Under the pieces are notes generated by a model that was given only the letters and a program-made list of their open reading frames with translations, ran no database searches and was not told the DNA's origin. This document shows positions 38,592 through 47,254 of a stretch of DNA of 57,329 bases, piece by piece (position 1 is the first letter of the stretch; each line of letters starts with the position of its first letter). The DNA is from Bacillales bacterium UBA1744. GTDB lineage: Bacteria; Bacillota_I; Bacilli_A; RFN20; CAG-826. Made by a program: the position numbers and the translations under genes. The stretch lies in the NCBI GenBank assembly GCA_002314915.1, contig DCHU01000081.1, positions 300 through 57,628 of the forward strand, in the 5' to 3' direction.

Positions 38592-39322
38592 TATTTAACG
38601 GCCTCCCTGATTGCCTCGTCGTAATCTTCAGGATTAACTGTTTCGCCTCTGTTGAGTTTATCGATAACGAGCTGGACCGGTTTTGGCATGTGGTGAACGT
38701 GTGTCAAAGCCTTCTTGTATTCCCTTTCGACAATCTCTGGGTTCTCAAGCAATGCTTTATAAAGCATCATCAAGTTGTAGGCATCCGCTAGAGCGGTGTG
38801 TGCAACGCCTTCGAACTGAACATTAAATGTTTTTAAATAGTTGGATAATGACAATGGGTTACCGTTCTGGTCCTGAATGTACTGTCCAAGGAAGACTGAC
38901 ATATCAAAATAGTTCTTGTTAACGGTATGTGCCAATTCGGATAATTCCTGATCTTTAGGGCTGTGTTCAACCGACATGTTTATAATGCGTAAGTCGTGGT
39001 TTCCGAAAGTAACGAATTTGCATTTATTCCAGTACTTACCGACATAACCTCTGAATTTCTTGAACACTTCCGGGAATGGTTTGCCCTTTTCATCCAACGT
39101 CTTCTGGGTAATTCCGGTCAGCTTCGTTACGATATGGCCGATTGGATTCCTGGCTTTTACGTATGTGCTATATCCTTTGAGGAACTTCTTGATTGTTAAA
39201 TCGTCTTTTAAAATGGCGACATAAGCGCCAATTTCAATCATCTCGTGACTGTACTGTGTTCCCTCAAGGTCAATGAACACGAGTACTCTATTCTCTTTTA
39301 AAGCTTTCTCTAATGCTTTCAT
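38591..39322 (-). CDS. DEDDh 3'-5' exonuclease (KapD-like)
   Basis: FIDLEGT, IEIGA, LTGIT, GNHD and HTALADA motifs; coupled to recU by a TAATG overlap. Confidence 0.85.
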   Translation of the reverse strand: MKALEKALKENRVLVFIDLEGTQYSHEMIEIGAYVAILKDDLTIKKFLKGYSTYVKARNPIGHIVTKLTGITQKTLDEKGKPFPEVFKKFRGYVGKYWNKCKFVTFGNHDLRIINMSVEHSPKDQELSELAHTVNKNYFDMSVFLGQYIQDQNGNPLSLSNYLKTFNVQFEGVAHTALADAYNLMMLYKALLENPEIVEREYKKALTHVHHMPKPVQLVIDKLNRGETVNPEDYDEAIREAVK

Positions 39323-39422
39323 GTGAAAGATTCTATCACTAATGAGCAATCTTTGCCCTTATAAAGACAAAAAGATAATGCATTATTGAAGGTTTTCATC
39401 GTCTTCAATATAATTGAAGGGT

Positions 39423-39842
39423 ATGGAGAACGAAATCAAATTAAAGCCACAAACAATTATCTCTCATAAATTCACGAGAGATGTTAAGGGATACAACCCA
39501 GATGAGGTTGATGAATTCCTTGATATCGTTATTAACGATTACCGCTCATTTGAGAGGTTCACCATCGCAGCTTCAACCCGTATTGCTCAGCTTAGAGAAA
39601 GGATTGATACACTCGAAAAGAGTGGACCAACCTCTCAGAGTGAAATCGATGCACTAAACGCAAAGGTCAGAACTCTTGAAGCGGAGAATGCTTCTCTCAA
39701 ACAGAAGTACGCATACATCAAACCAAGTGATCACGTCACAAGTGAGAACCTTGATTTGGTTAACCGCAAAAACTGTTATGAAGAGTATCTCATGAGCAAG
39801 GGCATTAATCCTGATGAATTATTCAGGAAGAAGTTAAAGTAA
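39423..39842 (+). CDS. gpsB: DivIVA-domain protein (GpsB)
   Basis: KFTRDVKGYNPDEVDEFLD motif plus coiled coil; directly upstream of rnpB as in Bacillus. Confidence 0.85.
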   Translation: MENEIKLKPQTIISHKFTRDVKGYNPDEVDEFLDIVINDYRSFERFTIAASTRIAQLRERIDTLEKSGPTSQSEIDALNAKVRTLEAENASLKQKYAYIKPSDHVTSENLDLVNRKNCYEEYLMSKGINPDELFRKKLK

Positions 39843-39846
39843 ACTA

Positions 39847-40173
39847 TTCCGGCCCAGGCGACTGCTTCCATTAGGGAGAGGAAAGTCCATGCTCGCACAG
39901 TCTGCGATGACTGTAGTGTTTGCGCTAGACCAATAAATAAGTCTAGGTACGCGGGAGCGCGTAACGGCGGATGAAGATCTTTCGAGATTGGATTCCCCAA
40001 GGTGCCACAGAGACGAGCTTACTGGTGACAGTAAGATGAAACGAGGTAAACCCCACAAGCGAGAAACCCAAATTTGGTAGGGGAAGAGATGATTCCAAAC
40101 TGAAGGATGATTCTCCAGAGCAATCTGAGATTAATTGTCGCCCTTCGACAAAACATGGCTTATCGGGCCGGAA
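39847..40173 (+). ncRNA. rnpB: RNase P RNA, type B
   Basis: GAGGAAAGTCCATGCTCGC, GTGCCACAG, GAAACG.GGTAAACCCC, GCGAGAAACCC and ACAAAACATGGCTTA; P1 = TTCCGGCCC/GGGCCGGAA. Confidence 0.95.
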
Positions 40174-40197
40174 ACTCATGAAACTAGGTATAACAAA

Positions 40198-40839
40198 ATG
40201 AATATCCCAACAAAGATTACAGTATCAAGAATCGCACTCATCGTTGCGATGCTTATTGCTATGGTGGTGGTTGATGGACTTTCGATGGCCGGAGCCATTA
40301 ACCTGAACTCTTTTGCCATCGATTGTGGCAACGGTCTTTACATCGGTGGATTCTATCTTATCCTCTGCATTGTATTCATCATTGCGTCTTTCACGGATTT
40401 CCTCGATGGATATCTCGCTAGAAAATGGCATCAGGTTACGGATTTAGGCAAGTTCCTCGACCCTGTTGCTGACAAACTGTTGATCAACATCACCTTCATC
40501 TATTTATGTATCGGACACAATCAGCCTGCATTAGACATCCCATTCTTTGTCTATGTCGTAATTCTCATGGTTGCGCGTGACATAGTTGTCGATGCCTTGA
40601 GATTCATTGCTGCTGGAAAAGGAAAAGTCCTGGCTGCCAATATTTTCGGTAAGATCAAGACCGTATGCCAAATGGTTGCGATCCCGCTCATCTTATTAAA
40701 TGGATTCCCATTCGCGTATTTCGACGGCGGTTGGATCACAAGAATCGTTGTTTATGCAACAGCATTCGCAAGCTTATTGTCTGGCGTCATTTACGTCGCA
40801 CAGAACTTAGATGTCTTCAAGGAGGATAAACATGAGTAA
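40198..40839 (+). CDS. pgsA: CDP-diacylglycerol-glycerol-3-phosphate phosphatidyltransferase
   Basis: MNIP..IT..R and DFLDGYLARK....TDLGKFLDPVADK motifs. Confidence 0.95.
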   Translation: MNIPTKITVSRIALIVAMLIAMVVVDGLSMAGAINLNSFAIDCGNGLYIGGFYLILCIVFIIASFTDFLDGYLARKWHQVTDLGKFLDPVADKLLINITFIYLCIGHNQPALDIPFFVYVVILMVARDIVVDALRFIAAGKGKVLAANIFGKIKTVCQMVAIPLILLNGFPFAYFDGGWITRIVVYATAFASLLSGVIYVAQNLDVFKEDKHE

Positions 40840-41308
40840 CCAAACCAAGATTGAACAAGTCATCAGCGCTCTTAGGGAGAAACAACTCACCTTGGGTTGC
40901 GTTGAATCTTTGACGGCAGGATTATTTGCTGCAACGGTTGCAACTGTTCCTGGTGCTTCCGATGTCTTCTATGGTGGTATTGTTACCTATCGTTCAGAAG
41001 AGAAAGTCAAACTCCTTGGAATTAATAAAGATGAGATTATCAAATACGGAGTCGTCTCTCAGCACATCGCAAACGAGATGGCTATAAAAGGAAGAAAGAA
41101 ACTCGGCGTTGATATCTGTGTTTCATTCACCGGAAACGCTGGTCCAACAGCGGAACCTGGATGTGCTCCAGTCGGAAGAGTGAACATGTCCATCTCATCA
41201 AAATACGGCATTGTCGAACTTCAGCAGGATTTCGAAGGATTGAGAAATGAGATCAGAGAAGCCTGCGTTGACCGCATGTTAGATCAATTAATTTTGATTA
41301 TTTCATAA
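40832..41308 (+). CDS. cinA: CinA C-terminal domain protein (NMN deamidase PncC-like)
   Basis: ESLTAG, PGAS, YGVVS...A.EMA and TGNAGP motifs. Confidence 0.9.
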   Translation: MSNQTKIEQVISALREKQLTLGCVESLTAGLFAATVATVPGASDVFYGGIVTYRSEEKVKLLGINKDEIIKYGVVSQHIANEMAIKGRKKLGVDICVSFTGNAGPTAEPGCAPVGRVNMSISSKYGIVELQQDFEGLRNEIREACVDRMLDQLILIIS

Positions 41309-41309
41309 G

Positions 41310-41354
41310 TTTTAGGGAAAAAATCGAAGAAACTCGACTATATATTAGTGGAGG
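41310..41354 (+). promoter_or_regulatory. Shared upstream element (putative alternative-sigma promoter), copy 2, before recA
   Basis: TTTTAGGG aaaaaatcgaagaaac tcgact atatatt agtgGAGG. Confidence 0.65.
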
Positions 41355-41365
41355 GCTAAAAAATA

Positions 41366-42421
41366 ATGGCTACAAAAAAAGTTGAACCAGTCTTAACAGA
41401 CAAAGACGTTGCCTTAAAGGAAACGTTAAAATCTATCGAAAAGCAGTACGGCAAAGGTGCAGTCATGCGCATGGGCGAACAGCCACATGTCGATGTTGAC
41501 GCAATTCCTTCAGGCTCTTTGCTTTTAGATAAGACATTAGGTATCGGTGGATATCCAAAAGGAAGAATCATCGAAATCTATGGACCTGAATCATCAGGTA
41601 AAACAACGCTTGCTTTGCAAGCAGTTGCTGAAGCTCAGAAAAAGGGCGGACGCGCAGCATATGTCGATGCAGAACACGCAATCGATCCAGAGTATGCTGC
41701 AAAATTAGGAGTCGATATCGATGAACTCATCCTCTCACAGCCAGGAAGCGGTGAAGAGGCACTTGAAATCGTTGAGATGCTCGCTCAGTCAGGCGCTATC
41801 GACATCATCATCGTTGACTCGGTCGCAGCATTGGTACCACAGGCAGAACTTGATGGTGTCATGAGCGATAACCAGGTCGGTTTACATGCAAGACTCATGT
41901 CCAAAGCGATGAGAAAACTCGCAGGTGTACTATCAAAAACGGGATGTGCAGTCATGTTCATCAACCAGATTCGTGAGAAGGTTGGAGTCATGTACGGCAA
42001 TCCAGAAACGACCACAGGCGGACGTGCACTCAAGTTCTACGCATCAATTCGTATGGATTTGCGTAGGGCGGACGCAATCAAGAACGGCTCAGATGTCATC
42101 GGTAACACCGTCAAGATCAAAGTCGTTAAGAACAAAGTCGCACCACCATTCAGAACTTGCGAAATTGAAATCATCTACGGCAAAGGAATCTCCAAAGAAG
42201 GCGAAATCCTTGACCTCTCGCTTGACCAGGGCTTCATCCACAAAACCGGAAACTGGTATGAGATGTCAGGCGAGAAAATCGGAAACGGAAGAGAGGCTGC
42301 GAAAGCCTTCATCAAATCCCATAAGGATGTTTCTGATGAGCTCGAGAACAAGCTTCGCGATATCATGAAGGCAGAAAAAGAACCTGTCGTCGATGATGAG
42401 ACCGGAGAAGTCGACTTATAA
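41366..42421 (+). CDS. recA: Recombinase RecA
   Basis: [29 protein letters not shown] and KNKVAPPF motifs. Confidence 0.99.
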   Translation: MATKKVEPVLTDKDVALKETLKSIEKQYGKGAVMRMGEQPHVDVDAIPSGSLLLDKTLGIGGYPKGRIIEIYGPESSGKTTLALQAVAEAQKKGGRAAYVDAEHAIDPEYAAKLGVDIDELILSQPGSGEEALEIVEMLAQSGAIDIIIVDSVAALVPQAELDGVMSDNQVGLHARLMSKAMRKLAGVLSKTGCAVMFINQIREKVGVMYGNPETTTGGRALKFYASIRMDLRRADAIKNGSDVIGNTVKIKVVKNKVAPPFRTCEIEIIYGKGISKEGEILDLSLDQGFIHKTGNWYEMSGEKIGNGREAAKAFIKSHKDVSDELENKLRDIMKAEKEPVVDDETGEVDL

Positions 42422-42427
42422 ATAATG

Positions 42428-42451
42428 GGGCCTAAAAACTTAGGCCTTTTT
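42428..42451 (+). terminator. recA terminator
   Basis: GGGCCTAA-aaac-TTAGGCCT plus T-run. Confidence 0.8.
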
Positions 42452-42557
42452 ATTGTGCGCAGCATTGAATTGACAAAAATTGTATAGATTTTCTTTCGAT
42501 TAAATCTTGGTTAAAGAAAAAATAACACCCTTAAGGGTAGCGAAATCTAACTACAGT

Positions 42558-42690
42558 TGATACAATTAGTCCGTACCTAAGGTACTTACCCATAGATTTA
42601 TTTGGGAATTGGTTTATCGGGGCAACCCGTAAATATATAACAATTTAGCAAAGCCCTTTTCTTTGGGTATGGTATGCCTTTCGACTGATT
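42558..42690 (+). promoter_or_regulatory. Extended -10 promoter and structured 5' leader of rny
   Basis: TGaTACAAT at 42558; then GTACC/GGTAC hairpin and a TACCCATAG/CTTTGGGTA rod capped by CGGG-GCAA-CCCG. Confidence 0.55.
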
Positions 42691-42708
42691 TTATTAGGAG
42701 TTTTAAAT

Positions 42709-44274
42709 ATGGATCCAGTATTAGCTGGCGTCATAGGCGGAATTGTCGGCTTGGTTGTCGGCATCGGTGCCGTTGTCGCCGTATTCATGTTAGTTCCTTC
42801 TTTAAGGAAAAAATCAGCATCTAAGCAGGCAAAGGGCATCATTCGTGATGCTGAGATTGAAGGAGAAAAGATCCTCAAGAATGCCAAGATCGATGCTAAA
42901 CAAGCTGCATTCGAAGCGAAGCAGCAGGCACAGAACGAAATCCGTGTCATGAAGTCTGAAGCCTTAACAGAACAGGCTAAGTTAGACGCTAGAGAAGCTT
43001 CACTCAATTCACGTGAAAAGGATATGAACCGCAAGGAGCAGTCCTTAGACGCAAAGAATGACAATCTCGACAAAAAGATTGAGGCTTACGAGAATAAGAC
43101 CGCTCAGTTAGATGAGAAGATCAACGCAATCCTCGCTGAACTCGAGAAAGTCGCAGGAATGTCCGTCAAAGAAGCACATGACGAAATCATGGCTAGAGTC
43201 GAATCTAAGATGTCTACCGAAATTGCGCAGTACATCAAGAACGCTCAGGATGATGCAAAGTCACAGGCTGAGGCATTCGCAAAAGACATCATCTCCATCG
43301 CATGCGACAAGTACGCTCAGGATGTTGTCACAGAGAGAACAGTTGCTGTTATCCCTCTCCCATCAGATGACCTTAAGGGCCGTTTAATCGGACGTGAAGG
43401 ACGTAACATCAGAGTTCTTGAACAGGTCCTCGGTGTTGACCTTGTCATCGATGACACACCAGAAGTCATCACAGTTTCATGTTTCGATCCAATCAGAAGA
43501 GAAATTGCTAGAAGAACTATCGAGTCTCTCGTTAAGGATGGACGTATCCAGCCTGGAAGAATCGAAGAAGTTGCAGCAAAGATGAAAAAAGACCTCGAAG
43601 TCGAAACTCAGAAGGCTGGTGAAGAAGCAGCATTCAAACTCGGCTTACCAAGAGTCAACAGAGAACTTCTCGGCTATGTCGGAAGACTCAAATACAGAAC
43701 CTCATACGGACAGAACGCGCTTACGCACTCAATGGAAGTCGCTTACCTTTGCGGAATTATGGCAGGAGAACTCAAACTCGATGTCAACCTCGCAAGACGT
43801 GCAGGCTTACTCCATGATATCGGTAAGTCTGTTGACTTCGAAATGGAAGGTTCACACGTATTCCTCGGCTCAGACCTCGCGAAGAAGTATAACGAGCCAG
43901 AAATCGTCGTTAACTCAATCGAATCACACCACGGCGACGTTGAAGCTAAGTCGGTTATCGCTCACTTAGTTGCAGCTGCCGACACATTATCCGCTGCTAG
44001 ACCAGGCTCTAGATCAGAGACAATGGAAACATACATCAAGCGTATCACTCAGCTCGAAGAAATCGCTAAGGGATACGATGGAGTTCAGCAGGCTTACGCA
44101 ATGCAGTCAGGCCGTGAAATCCGTGTCATGGTCCTTCCAGAGAAGATTTCAGATCTTGAAGCAGTTAAGTTAGCTCAGGAGATGAGAGAAAAAATCGAGA
44201 CAACGATGACATACCCAGGTCAGATCAAGATCTCTGTCATCCGTGAATATCGTGCAGTTGAAACCGCTAAATAA
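42709..44274 (+). CDS. rny: Ribonuclease Y
   Basis: N-terminal TM, coiled coil, KH (GRLIGREGRNI) and HD (LLHDIGK, HH, ADTLSAARPG) domains. Confidence 0.98.
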   Translation: MDPVLAGVIGGIVGLVVGIGAVVAVFMLVPSLRKKSASKQAKGIIRDAEIEGEKILKNAKIDAKQAAFEAKQQAQNEIRVMKSEALTEQAKLDAREASLNSREKDMNRKEQSLDAKNDNLDKKIEAYENKTAQLDEKINAILAELEKVAGMSVKEAHDEIMARVESKMSTEIAQYIKNAQDDAKSQAEAFAKDIISIACDKYAQDVVTERTVAVIPLPSDDLKGRLIGREGRNIRVLEQVLGVDLVIDDTPEVITVSCFDPIRREIARRTIESLVKDGRIQPGRIEEVAAKMKKDLEVETQKAGEEAAFKLGLPRVNRELLGYVGRLKYRTSYGQNALTHSMEVAYLCGIMAGELKLDVNLARRAGLLHDIGKSVDFEMEGSHVFLGSDLAKKYNEPEIVVNSIESHHGDVEAKSVIAHLVAAADTLSAARPGSRSETMETYIKRITQLEEIAKGYDGVQQAYAMQSGREIRVMVLPEKISDLEAVKLAQEMREKIETTMTYPGQIKISVIREYRAVETAK

Positions 44275-44287
44275 TTGGCGGTTTTTT
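44261..44287 (+). terminator. rny terminator
   Basis: AAACCGCTAA...TTGGCGGTTT plus T-run. Confidence 0.75.
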
Positions 44288-44326
44288 CTGCTCTAAAGAT
44301 AATATATTTCAAGTTGGAGGAACAGT

Positions 44327-46066
44327 ATGAAAAAGAGTAAGAACAACATACTTCCAAATCAGAAAGATGCCTCAAAAAGACCAGAGCATATCAGCACAGT
44401 CATTGATCCAAACAATGTACCTGATTACCTCAAAGGATATTTGGCAGGCAAACTTTTCTATATCAAGACATTTGGCTGCCAGGCAAACATCAGAGATGAA
44501 GAGATAATGGCAGGCTATCTTTCTTTGGCGGGAATGATCAGAACCGAAGATCCTAAAATGGCCGATTTGGCGGTTATCAACACGTGCGCTGTTAGAGAAA
44601 ACGCTGAAGACAAAGTCTTCGGTGAAATTGGCTCTTTCAAGGGCAATCACCAAAGAAACAAACAGTTCTTACTCGTTATCGCAGGATGCGTCATGCAGGA
44701 AGATGGAATTGCCCTTCAGTTAACTGAAACATATCCATGGATTTCCTTAATCATCGGAACCCACGATGTCCATAACCTCCTCCCGTTACTAAACGATGTT
44801 GTAAAAAAACAACAGTCGCTCATCAACGTCAGATCGTTTGCTTCTGAAATTGTTGAGAACATGCCTTCAAACCGCTTATCCAATTTCCAGGCATTCGTTA
44901 ACATCTCTTATGGATGCGACAAGTACTGCACATACTGCATTGTCCCTTACACAAGAGGAAGAGAGCGTTCACGCAAAGCGGAAGACGTAATCAGAGAATG
45001 CAAGAAGCTTTCCGACGAGGGTTATAAAGAAATCTGTCTCCTTGGCCAGAACGTAAATTCATATGGTTTGGACTTGGATGATGGAACGAATTTCGCAAAC
45101 CTCCTGGAAGAAGTTGCTAAGTTAGGTGTCCCTAGAGTCAAATTCCTCACCTCATATCCTAGCCAATTCAGCGATGACATGATTGAGGTCATGGCTAAAT
45201 ATGACAACATCATTCCTTGGCTTCATTTCCCAGTACAGTCCGGTTCTACCAGCTGTTTGAAGAGAATGGGTAGACGTTATACAAGAGAAGAGTACTTAGA
45301 GAAAGTAAGAAAGATTAGAGCAAAGATTCCAAATATCGCTCTTACAACTGATATCATCGTAGGTTTCCCTGGTGAGACAGAGGAAGAATTCGAAGATACG
45401 CTTTCATTATGCAAAGAAGTCAGATACAGTTCTGCATTCACATTCATCTATTCCGCTAGACAAGGAACTCCTGCTGCTAAGATGGAACAACTCGATCCTG
45501 CAATTCAGCATGAGAGATTTGATAGATTAAAAGCGGTCATTGAGGAAACGACAGCCGAACATTCCGCAACAATGGTCGGAAACACATATAACGTTTTAGT
45601 AATCGGTCCATCAAAGAAGAACAGCGATGTTTTAACATCTTATGCCGAGAACGGAAAACCTGTTAACTTCAGGGGACCAGAATACTTAACCGGGTGCATA
45701 GTGCCAGTTAAGATTCTTGAGACCCATACATATTCGTTAATAGGCGAATTGACCGAAGATCCTTTAGTCCTTAAGGCTAAGGAAGTGGCTTTCCATATGT
45801 CTAGAGATCCTCTTCTTAGAGAGTACCTCGCGCTTGATAAAGCGATTAGAAACGACGAGACGATTAAGTCTCTTGCCTTAAAGATTGTCGAAGAGAAAAA
45901 GGCTATGGCTGAAAACTTCACCAACAGCGATGAACACGCCAAGCACAAAGCGCTTTATGTGGAAGCATTGGAATCGTTGAAGAACAACCCTTTAATCTCT
46001 AATAGAAATGAACTTCTTTCGCTGGTTGAGGAAAGACTTTTAGCTGTGAGGGATGCGATTAGATGA
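44327..46066 (+). CDS. miaB: tRNA methylthiotransferase MiaB fused to a C-terminal RicA/YmcA-like domain
   Basis: TFGCQAN, NTCAVRE, CDKYCTYC, DIIVGFPGE and TRAM domain, followed by ~105 extra helical residues. Confidence 0.93.
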   Translation: MKKSKNNILPNQKDASKRPEHISTVIDPNNVPDYLKGYLAGKLFYIKTFGCQANIRDEEIMAGYLSLAGMIRTEDPKMADLAVINTCAVRENAEDKVFGEIGSFKGNHQRNKQFLLVIAGCVMQEDGIALQLTETYPWISLIIGTHDVHNLLPLLNDVVKKQQSLINVRSFASEIVENMPSNRLSNFQAFVNISYGCDKYCTYCIVPYTRGRERSRKAEDVIRECKKLSDEGYKEICLLGQNVNSYGLDLDDGTNFANLLEEVAKLGVPRVKFLTSYPSQFSDDMIEVMAKYDNIIPWLHFPVQSGSTSCLKRMGRRYTREEYLEKVRKIRAKIPNIALTTDIIVGFPGETEEEFEDTLSLCKEVRYSSAFTFIYSARQGTPAAKMEQLDPAIQHERFDRLKAVIEETTAEHSATMVGNTYNVLVIGPSKKNSDVLTSYAENGKPVNFRGPEYLTGCIVPVKILETHTYSLIGELTEDPLVLKAKEVAFHMSRDPLLREYLALDKAIRNDETIKSLALKIVEEKKAMAENFTNSDEHAKHKALYVEALESLKNNPLISNRNELLSLVEERLLAVRDAIR

Positions 46067-46962
46067 TTATCGTTTTAACGGGGGCAACTGGTAGCGGAAA
46101 ATCACGCCTTGCAATTGATCTCGCCAAACGAATCGATGGCGAAATTATCAATGGCGACGCTTTCCAAGTGTACAAGGGCATTGAAATTGCTACTGCAGCT
46201 CCAACCGAGGAAGAAAAAAGAGAAGTTCCACACCATCTATTCTCATTTTTAGAATGTGATGACGGATATGATATCTCAAGATATCAGAAAGACCTTAGAT
46301 CAAAACTCGATGAAGTGTTATCCAGAAACAAAACTCCTATCATAGTGGGTGGTAGTGGACTTTATTTAAGAAGTGCTCTATATGACTATGATTTATCAAC
46401 AGATACATCCAGTGTTGATATGTCCTCTTACGAAAAGATGGATAATAGAGAACTTCATGATGTACTGGAGAAATTAGACCCTGAAGAAGCCAAGAAGATT
46501 CATGAGAACAACAGGCGCAGAGTCTTGCGTTCAATCGAAGTGTGTCTTGCTAATAACGGCCCAAAAACCGAGATGATAAAGGCCCAGACTCATGAGCCAA
46601 TATATAAAGATTGCTTATTCTTTGAACTAAAAAGAGACAGAGAACAGCTCTATCCGCATGTTGAAAAAAGAATTGATGAGATGGTGAGAACTGGCATGGT
46701 CGAACAAACCGTTGCCATGATCAAGAAATATGGGAAAGACGCCCCAGCATTTAAAGCTATCGGCATTAAGGAATTCTTCCCGTATGTTGATGGAACTGCC
46801 TCACTAGAAGATTGCATTACCACAATCAAAACCAACACCAGGCACTACGTTAAGAGACAAGAGACATTCTTCAGGCATCAGTTCAATCTCATCGAGATTT
46901 CCGGTGTTGAAGACATACTTAAAACGATTGAGAATTATTCTAAAGTCGGAGGTTCGAAATGA
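46063..46962 (+). CDS. miaA: tRNA dimethylallyltransferase
   Basis: GATGSGKS, D.FQVYKG, VPHHL, GGSGLY and KRQ.T motifs. Confidence 0.95.
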   Translation: MIIVLTGATGSGKSRLAIDLAKRIDGEIINGDAFQVYKGIEIATAAPTEEEKREVPHHLFSFLECDDGYDISRYQKDLRSKLDEVLSRNKTPIIVGGSGLYLRSALYDYDLSTDTSSVDMSSYEKMDNRELHDVLEKLDPEEAKKIHENNRRRVLRSIEVCLANNGPKTEMIKAQTHEPIYKDCLFFELKRDREQLYPHVEKRIDEMVRTGMVEQTVAMIKKYGKDAPAFKAIGIKEFFPYVDGTASLEDCITTIKTNTRHYVKRQETFFRHQFNLIEISGVEDILKTIENYSKVGGSK

Positions 46963-47183
46963 TTATTCCAAATTATGGTTTGTATGATGAAGTTGAGATG
47001 AAGAAACCTCATCCATGCAAAGGGAGAACTAAAAGATTCCAAATAGTACGTGTTGGCGCGGACATCAAAATAATGTGCATGGGATGTGGCAATGTCATTA
47101 TGCTCGACAGAGATGCTTTCAACCAGAGAATCAAAAAAGTAATAGGTTCACATGAGGGACCACTTAAAGTAGAGGGAAAATAA
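46959..47183 (+). CDS. DUF951 family protein
   Basis: MKKPHPC...RVGADIKIMCMGCG motif. Confidence 0.88.
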   Translation: MIIPNYGLYDEVEMKKPHPCKGRTKRFQIVRVGADIKIMCMGCGNVIMLDRDAFNQRIKKVIGSHEGPLKVEGK

Positions 47184-47196
47184 ATCCCTCTTTTTT
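47171..47196 (+). terminator. Terminator insulating the ABC pair
   Basis: AGAGGGA...TCCCTCT plus T-run. Confidence 0.8.
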
Positions 47197-47200
47197 AAAC

Positions 47201-47245
47201 TTTTAGGGAAAAAAACACGAATTCGCCTCTATTAAATAGTAGAGG
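47201..47245 (+). promoter_or_regulatory. Shared upstream element (putative alternative-sigma promoter), copy 3, before the ABC pair
   Basis: TTTTAGGG aaaaaaacacgaattc gcctct attaaat agtaGAGG. Confidence 0.65.
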
Positions 47246-47254
47246 TGTTTTTTT

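Noticed and set aside
39776-40197. Short ORFs over rnpB and the 5' extension of pgsA from 40135
   Set aside because: They overlap the RNase P RNA; pgsA homology starts at MNIP (40198).
41324-41338. Possible LexA (Cheo) box TCGAAGAAACTCGA before recA
   Set aside because: It does not fit CGAAC-N4-GTTCG in spacing or sequence, and the other two copies lack the second half-site.
42480-42700. 6S RNA or SRP RNA candidate
   Set aside because: No SRP domain IV motif and no clear 6S-length rod with a central bubble; kept only as a structured leader.
43005-43020. parS-like core TTCACGTGAA in rny (also a weak match near 39316)
   Set aside because: The flanks deviate from TGTTNCACGTGAAACA at four or more positions.
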